A model generated the notes under the pieces. That model did not search any database, was not told the DNA's origin, and worked only from the letters and a program-made list of their open reading frames with translations. From Minutocellus sp. GHC0000111 (taxonomy: Eukaryota): a stretch of DNA of 64,000 nucleotides. A program made the position numbers and the translations under genes. The stretch covers positions 2,604,001 through 2,668,000 of the forward strand of contig OZ361259.1 in NCBI GenBank assembly GCA_977018835.1, in the 5' to 3' direction. Below, in pieces: positions 57,059-64,000 of this stretch (position 1 is its first letter; each line of letters begins with the position of its first letter).

Positions 57059-59361
57059 ATGGCTTCGCTGCCCAAGTTGTGTGTGGTCGTTTCCGCCTCA
57101 ACTTTCTTGCTTCTGGCCGCTCCTGCCTCGGCCTCGGCCCTGCCGTACTCCTTCTACGACGATTTGCGTCAGTCCAGTACTGCTACATTTACACCTCTTG
57201 TCGGTGGCGGCGACGATTCCACTGCTACTGGTCAGCAGCAACAGCACGTTGGGAGAAACCTCCATGCCGTATCGGACAATGCCGTTGGCGTTGGCGACCT
57301 CACACTGTGCCACGTCCCGACCTTCTTCCGCTGGTCCCAGGCCTCCTCGGATGCAACTGGTGGATACAACGATGTTAGCTCGGAGGCTTATGGTGGAACT
57401 TCGGCGGCCTTGCTCGCCATGCATCACTTCAACAACGGTGATGGGAGAATCGCTCCAGACCTAAAGGGCATCAACGAGCGTTGTCCCGTCCGTCTCACCA
57501 TGGAGACCGTTGATAGTACGTCCAGCGGCATAAAGGCTGTTCAGGAGTTGACGTCGTTGGTAACGCGAAGTCCGACCGATGCCCAGGTGCCCCAGCCCTG
57601 TGCCATCATGGGCAGCAGCTGGTCTGGCACCACCAAGAAGATGGCAACGGTGAGCGGTGTGTACGATCTTCTTCAGGTGACGCCGAGTGCCAGTAGCGTC
57701 TCGCTCGACAACAAGGGAGAGTATCCTCTCTTTACCAGAACTCATCCCTCCGATGCCTCAATGGCGGAGCTATCGGTGGACTACCCGCACAATGTCTTGG
57801 GCGTGAAGTTCTTTGGCCAATTGTATATCGATAACGATTTTGGATCTAGCTATCATACCGCTGTGTTGGACCGAGCCGCTCAGTATGACATGGTGGTTAA
57901 ATCCGTGCCATTCCGACCTGGCGCTGAAGACGATGAAATTATGGATGCTCTGCTGAAGCTTAACGAGACCGAGTACAATTATTTCTTGGGCATCTTCTTT
58001 CGTGGTGATTACGAGAGGATAATGGGCATGGCCGGTGAAATTGGCGTTGCCGGTCCTGGCACTTTGTGGATGTTCAACGGTGCTCTGAGCAGCGCTTTCG
58101 TCAACGGTCAGACTACACTTGAGGCCGAATCAGATACAGCCAAGACCACCTATGGCACAGCAATTATTCATGACGAAGGTGGCCTCCCAGGTCTTCCGAG
58201 GTTTGACAAGTTTCTGAAAGAGTGGCGCAACATCCCCAACAATCCAGAACTGCTTGCCTATATCAATTCGAAACAACCGCTTCCGCCTGCGGGTAGTGGG
58301 CTCAATTTTGAGCGTGATGGCGAATTCTTCCTTCAGACGCCAAGTCATATTGCTGCCTTCAGCTACGATGCCATCGTTGGCCTTGGGCTTTCTGCCTGTC
58401 AGGCGCTGGAGGAAAGCGATGCTGGGGTCTTCACAGGAGCTGAACATCATTCTGTATTCATCAACACAGAATTCAAAGGTGCATCTGGAGATGTTCTCGT
58501 CGATCCTGATACCTCATACTCGCGCACTGCTGAGTCCACTCTTCATGCCATCAGCAATATTCTCCCCGTTGGTGGGGCAGAGAGTATCGCTGCGGATGAG
58601 GATGGCATGATGTCGTTCAAGGCGACTCCTACGTCCTTCTACGACGTCAAAAAGCGTAAGTGGAAGAGATATGGCGCTGAGGACAATTTTTTTGTATTTT
58701 CTGACGGAACAACTACACCCCCATCCGAAATTCCAGCAGCTGAGCATAACTACAACCGCCTTGGCCCTGGGGTTCGTGGGGCTTGTCTCACTCTCAGTGC
58801 CATGGTCAGCCCGCACCACAATTGTTTGTTCTTTCGGCGATCGTTTTCATTATCGTCGTTGCGATGCTTCTACTAATCTTTGTGCCGAAGATACAAATTA
58901 TGAGAAAGCGTGACGAGGGACTTCCACAGAATTATAATCCTCGTGGATCAACGTGGGTGCGGAACTCGGCAGTCATGCTAGGAACTTCTTCGAGGAATAT
59001 TAGTGGACTAAATTCGCAGGCGTCAATGCGTGGATCTGCTCTCATCCGGGATCCTTCGAAAAAGGAGGCATGGGGATCATCCCACGCGTCATCGAAGGAG
59101 GAATCGATGGGCCCTGATGGCAAATCAAGAGTTACGAGAAGCGTTTCATTCAAGCTTGATGATTCTCGAAGCACCATGGAGAACGATTTGGCCAACTATG
59201 GGAATTCGAGTGCGGAGCTGCCGACTTGCGATGAAAATGGCGAAGAGGATAGGGTGGTGGGAACTTCCGGTTCTACAGACGAGAATATCAAAGAGGAGAA
59301 AGCTGTTTCTGAAGCTGCTAGTAATGAAGAGAAGATTGGCGAAGGCGCGGAAGCTGCATGA
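57059..59361 (+). pseudogene. Class-C (GABA-B-like) GPCR with Venus-flytrap domain; most of the 7TM region missing
   Basis: Signal peptide, GRNL, ALLAMHHFN, AIMGSSWS, YPLFTRTHPSD, YDAIVGLGLSAC, FKGASG.V; TM1 start (LGPGVRGACLTL) is joined out of frame at ~58805 to TM7 (LLLIFVPKI). Confidence 0.75.
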
Positions 59362-59604
59362 ATGTGTGAATAATTCAATATAAAGTCAAGTTATGTACAT
59401 TACAATGTACACGTGTCTATGCCGCCTTTGGACTTTGAGGAAGCTCCGACCTCCAGCTGTCATCCTCCGCTTTCAAAAGCCAGGTAACTGTGGACCGTCT
59501 CCTGGGCGACTCGCTGTCGGTACTTAATCCATCTGCACTGGGAAGTGTCCCCAACAGAGGTGTTGAGCCAGCTCCGCCAGTACCAATCATGGACTGATTA
59601 AATA

Positions 59605-62600
59605 TCATTCGATTTTGAGCGTTGACAGAATACGCTCCACTACCCACCATAGATTTTTGGTAAACCCTGTCGGCATAGCTGGAACCTGTTCCTCTCTTGA
59701 GGATGCTTTGATAACGAGACCGAGTTGAGAGTCGGTAAAGTTTCCCGCTTTTGGGTAGAATGAATCTGCCCAGGGTTCCAATTCTTGTTTCGCAGCCTCT
59801 AGCATCGCAGTCCTTGTCATAGACGCCGGCTCAATAGAATTGCGACATCGCTTGACAAAAGCATCACGAGAAGTAGGGCAGCTCGCAAGAAGCCCGTCAA
59901 TAATCTCATAATTGGGCAAATAAGACCAAGGTCGGCCAGCAAGCAACCGGTCATTATACCATGGATAGTTCCAACCACCGATACTAGACAAGAATGCGGC
60001 GGCGTAGTTCATTCCATCAACCGAGCCACGACCAGCAGTGGAATAACGCAATGCGCCCTCAATGATAGTGTCCAGATAACTTTGGAGGATGGGCGAATCA
60101 GCAGTTGGGTTGTGTCTCTTGCAGGCAATATCAGCGCATGTATTGGAAGAGGGGTTGCCACATTTGCTGATGGACTCACCACATATCCATACGTATCCAA
60201 TGCCTTTTGGCACCTCATAGTCGGGATGCATTGGTTCAAAAAACTCTTCGTCGACCAAAAGTAATTCGTATCCCTCTTCTCTGAAACTAAACAGGTCTGA
60301 TGCCTTTTCATAATCCATCTTGTAGAGACACCCTGCAATGTTTGTCGCTCCCTGATCTACCTTCTCAAGACCAAATGCGTTGATACCAACAGCGCCGTGC
60401 CGATAATTCCATACACGACGATATCCGGCTTGTTTCTTGAGCCAGTAGGGGATTATTAGCTTTTTCTGTGTCTCCGTTAGGCCGGCCGGCGGACAATCCG
60501 GAGATATCAAGCTTCCATACCCGAACATCCAGACCTCTCGGCGCACATCGAAATCATATGGTTCTGAAAGGAGTGACATAATTTCCTCTCGATAAGAAGG
60601 AAACCATTGAATGAACTTTTCGGGCCCATAAGGCTTTTCCCAGGGCTTCAAAGGAATATATTGGTCGTAGTGATCTCTCATATATAGCCACTCATCTCTT
60701 GTAGGGAAACAGGTGCCAAGGAAGACAGGTTCCCCCAGAAAGGGAATACCAACAATCTTCCCCCCTTTATCCTTGGTCTTGATGGTAATGCTTTTATCGT
60801 CTCTGCCGACTGCAAGTCTCTTGCGCCTCCATGTTTCGATCCATTCGTCCAGCCGCTCATCCTTCTCTTGCTGCGTAACAACTTTTGGTTACTTCCTGAG
60901 AGCCTTTGGAAATCGGAAGCGAAAGTTGTTGTCATCATAAAGAAGAGCAGGGCTAAGAATTTCTCTGAGTCGAAGTTTCATCTTGTACTCTTTGTTGACA
61001 AAAAAGACAATTATGTTGACAAATGACCCAATTGGTTGAAGGTATGCGTTGAACGCTCCCCAAAACCAGAGCTCGGTGAAAAGCGGAAAGGGTGTCTGCA
61101 GTTTACAACCTTTTTGTGCCTCTGACAGTCCAAAAAAGAGGGCGCCAGCTCCCTCCATGAAGAATGAAACGTAAACACTAATGTACAAATAGAACACGCT
61201 CCAATCAAGAAACGAGCTGGGGGCAGTACTCCCAGTCTTCCACAAATAAAATGGAGCCAAATTGTATGCCACTCCACGGAATGCCCACAGAACTCGACGT
61301 CGCTTGGACTCGACAATCACACCAGGCCAAGTAATCCAGCGTTTCTTGAAGCTTTGATGATCGTTCATAGTGTACGATAGAAAATATCTTGTGCCAATAA
61401 TACTGCGGATGACGATGCAGTATACGCTGAATACCGTCCACACAACGAAACGGGCTTGGATGTTTGCCGTGAATTGATCATTTTCTTCTCCAAAATATTC
61501 AATTTCAGCGTACAAACGAGAATAGTCTGATTTGTTGCCCAAAATATACTTCATCTCATCAATTGCGAAGACCATGAATCTCCAACCAACATAAAAGAAT
61601 ACCAACACGAAGGGGGCAATGAGTTGAAAAGCAAATCTTCCACCGCCGCCTGCAGGACGATGCTGAGTGGGAAGCAACGACCACAAAGAGAAGGTCAAAA
61701 AACGAGTGATACGATGGGTCCACTTTTCGACAAATGATGGGTTCCTTCTAAAGAGGGCCGTCATTGCTTTTCCTTGCTCATCGCTAACAACACCTTGTCG
61801 ATCCAATGTGAAGGCATAGTGGGAGTCTCGAACGAGGATGCATGCAGAGGTGCTCCAGAAAAGAAGCTGAAGAGAAATGTGCAAGCGATTGAATTATACA
61901 CGTGAGTTTCGTCTAAAATAAAAAAAATGAGAGAGACAAACAGCTGAAAAGGAATTGCGCAAAAAGAATACTTACGGAAAGATGTAGCCCCACTGATACA
62001 AGCCACTCTCGTCGTCTTGAAGCTTCCACAAGTGGTCAATTCCCAGAGTCTGTAAAATATTTCCAGCTTCAAGTTGTTGAGTTCGTGTAGCAATCCAAAG
62101 ACCAAGGCACGGATAGAGTGTCATCGCGATGAGAATCGACGCGTTGACTCTTCGATTGATCTCTTTATTTGTCGAGTCTTCACTAGGTATGGCGGTAATC
62201 AAGGTTACGAATATCTGGAAAATGATGAAGCAAGGCAGAGCTATCATGCACCTTGTTGCGCTGCCTTCAGGGGATCGAAGTGCCTCGGGAATCAGGTATG
62301 TGAAGAAAAATATCAGTCCCAGAAAAATGCTCTACCCAAATAGCACTTGAACTCGCTTGGGTATGACCAGAGCTCGCTTGAATCGATCCTGCTTTGACCA
62401 GCTTGGAATTTGAACAGATACACGCTTTCCTGTGGCAGCCTCGACGTAGGACTGTTCAAGGTTGTTCTCCCAGATCAGTACGTCCAGCCGAGTGCTCATC
62501 ATGTCTCGACCAGTCAATGATACTGTTCGTAAATTTGAATCGTCCATTGCTCGACGGCCCTCTTTTCTTCGTCTGGCTGCCATCGATAGCCGAATTCGAC

Positions 62601-63425
62601 CCCCATCGAACGGAAGCGACCTGAACCAATAACTGACTCACTCCCATCGCTGCGATCGCTTCTTGGCGAACAACTGAGATTTGCCTCAATGTCGGCGTGT
62701 GAACTGTCATCGAGGAAGAAGTTTGCACTATCCTTTCGTTTGAATCCAACTCTTTTCTTGCTACTTACGCTGGAATCCATACGAGTGGCACTCGGTGAAT
62801 CAATAGAAGCCAAATTATCGGGCACAGAGTGTCGGGAAAGGTCGAGAGGGTCGCCCTTGTCTTGATAGGATGACGGTGGTCGATCCAAATGTTCATCGCA
62901 AAAATAGTCGTCTTGACTACCGGACCTGCGGTGGCGGATGTCATTGGTCACTTGGCTCTGAAAATCCGCTCCTTCTTCTTCTGGCATGGAGCTCAAACTC
63001 AAAAGAGATGTATTGGAACCATCCATATCAGGCGATCGGGAAGACACCTTCTTTACAACTGCTTTCGGTCTCAGCCCCAATTCAATTTCGCCAGTGTTGC
63101 TCTGCGTCACGCTGGTCCTCGGTGATATCTGTTGTTCCTCTAACTCATTACTAGTAGCTTTTTCGTTATCGTGCTGGGGAACTGAAATCTTGAAGGGATT
63201 ATTTCTTTTCCCAGATCGCTCCATTATTTGTTCTCTCTTACTTTCGTCATTGGAGGAAGTATTGTTTGCTCTCGGTGTTGTGTTCCTCTGCCATTCATCG
63301 GCAATCCGCGAGAAAGGATCGTCAGCGAAAGTGTCATCGTCAATGGTCGAAACGGTGTTTTCGCTAAGATCGTCATTCGCGTGGTATGTGGAAGCCGCCG
63401 GACGACCACCAGCGTTGAGCATCAT
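59605..63425 (-). pseudogene. Large multi-pass membrane protein with a C-terminal gamma-glutamylcyclotransferase (ChaC/GGCT)-like domain; disrupted
   Basis: Ser-rich N-terminus, many TM segments, then VWMFGYGSLIS...GYRRVW...RE.GY...PILQSYLD; intron 61975-61867; in-frame TAG 62332-62334 and TAA 60889-60891, frameshifts near 62585 and 62030. Confidence 0.65.
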
Positions 63426-64000
63426 GCTACTTTGAACCTTTCAAAGCGAGCGAATGTATGTACGTGATGAATCAGCTTGGCACGGAGGCTTCCAAGCCAA
63501 GCGCACTGAGATCAGCGCCGGATGGAATCAAGCAACTTCTTACAAGATATGGAGTCTTCCTGTTTCCTTGTCATGTGTTCCTGCCTTGTGACTGCCAGCG
63601 AAAGTTGCTTGGATGGAAGCATGAAGTCAGTTGCACATCTTGTGCCACTCGCGGTCAGCGAACGACGTACGGACATTTCGCTCGCGAGAGCAGCTCGCTC
63701 TGACTACTGACGATCGAGCGAAGCAGTTCGAAAGCAGATCAGACAAGGAACGTGCCAGTAACCTCATAATATAGCTTCATTTGCACATTATAGCACCCGC
63801 ATAGGAGCTAGTGGAGAGGAAACATCCCAAGGGTGACACAACTGAGACAACGCACATCTATCCAAATCACCGTCCGATGCGACCATCCGCCGCCCGCCAA
63901 CCCATCAACAGGAGGTGTCGTGACGGTCCTGCTAATACTCTTGGCCTGCCACTCCTATCGATTGTGCTTCTCAGCGGTAGTACCATGATCCGATCGGCCT

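Noticed and set aside
19764..62334. Stop-codon reassignment (TAA/TAG read as sense) to explain five in-frame stops in host genes
   Set aside because: TAA and TAG terminate eIF4E, SART3, TFIP11, IGPS-like and the chitinase at expected positions; two of the stops arise from small insertions; there is no shared context, and frameshifts co-occur

Overview
Gene-dense eukaryotic nuclear DNA, most likely from a diatom (bipartite 'ASAFAP'-like plastid presequences, RXL propeptide motifs, a DUF6824-type protein, a CoDi-like Ty1/copia element, short GT-AG introns). About 27 host genes or gene remnants are recognisable: parvulin, KH protein, MFS transporter, RNA methyltransferase, SART3-like, TFIP11, eIF4E, HGD, aldo-keto reductase, MSP130/choice-of-anchor-I protein, IGPS-like, DUF3506-like, an LPMO-GH18 chitinase fusion, a WW-GT7 glycosyltransferase, TVP23, a class-C GPCR-like gene and a membrane protein with a GGCT-like domain. 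Three transposon copies are present: a complete but decayed LTR-copia (38030-44284, TSD AACTG), a piggyBac-like remnant and a mariner remnant. Main observations: (1) the copia and mariner copies carry a strongly biased TpA->TpG/CpA substitution signature (conserved Tyr->Cys/His), suggesting a repeat-directed, RIP-like but adenine-based mutagenesis; (2) many host genes carry frameshifts, in-frame stops or deletions, suggesting a decaying haplotype, though some lesions could be assembly errors; (3) unusual domain architectures (LPMO+GH18, WW+GT7 without membrane anchor, Tudor-like domain behind a copia integrase, IGPS pseudoenzyme). All family assignments are from motif recognition by eye; no searches were run.
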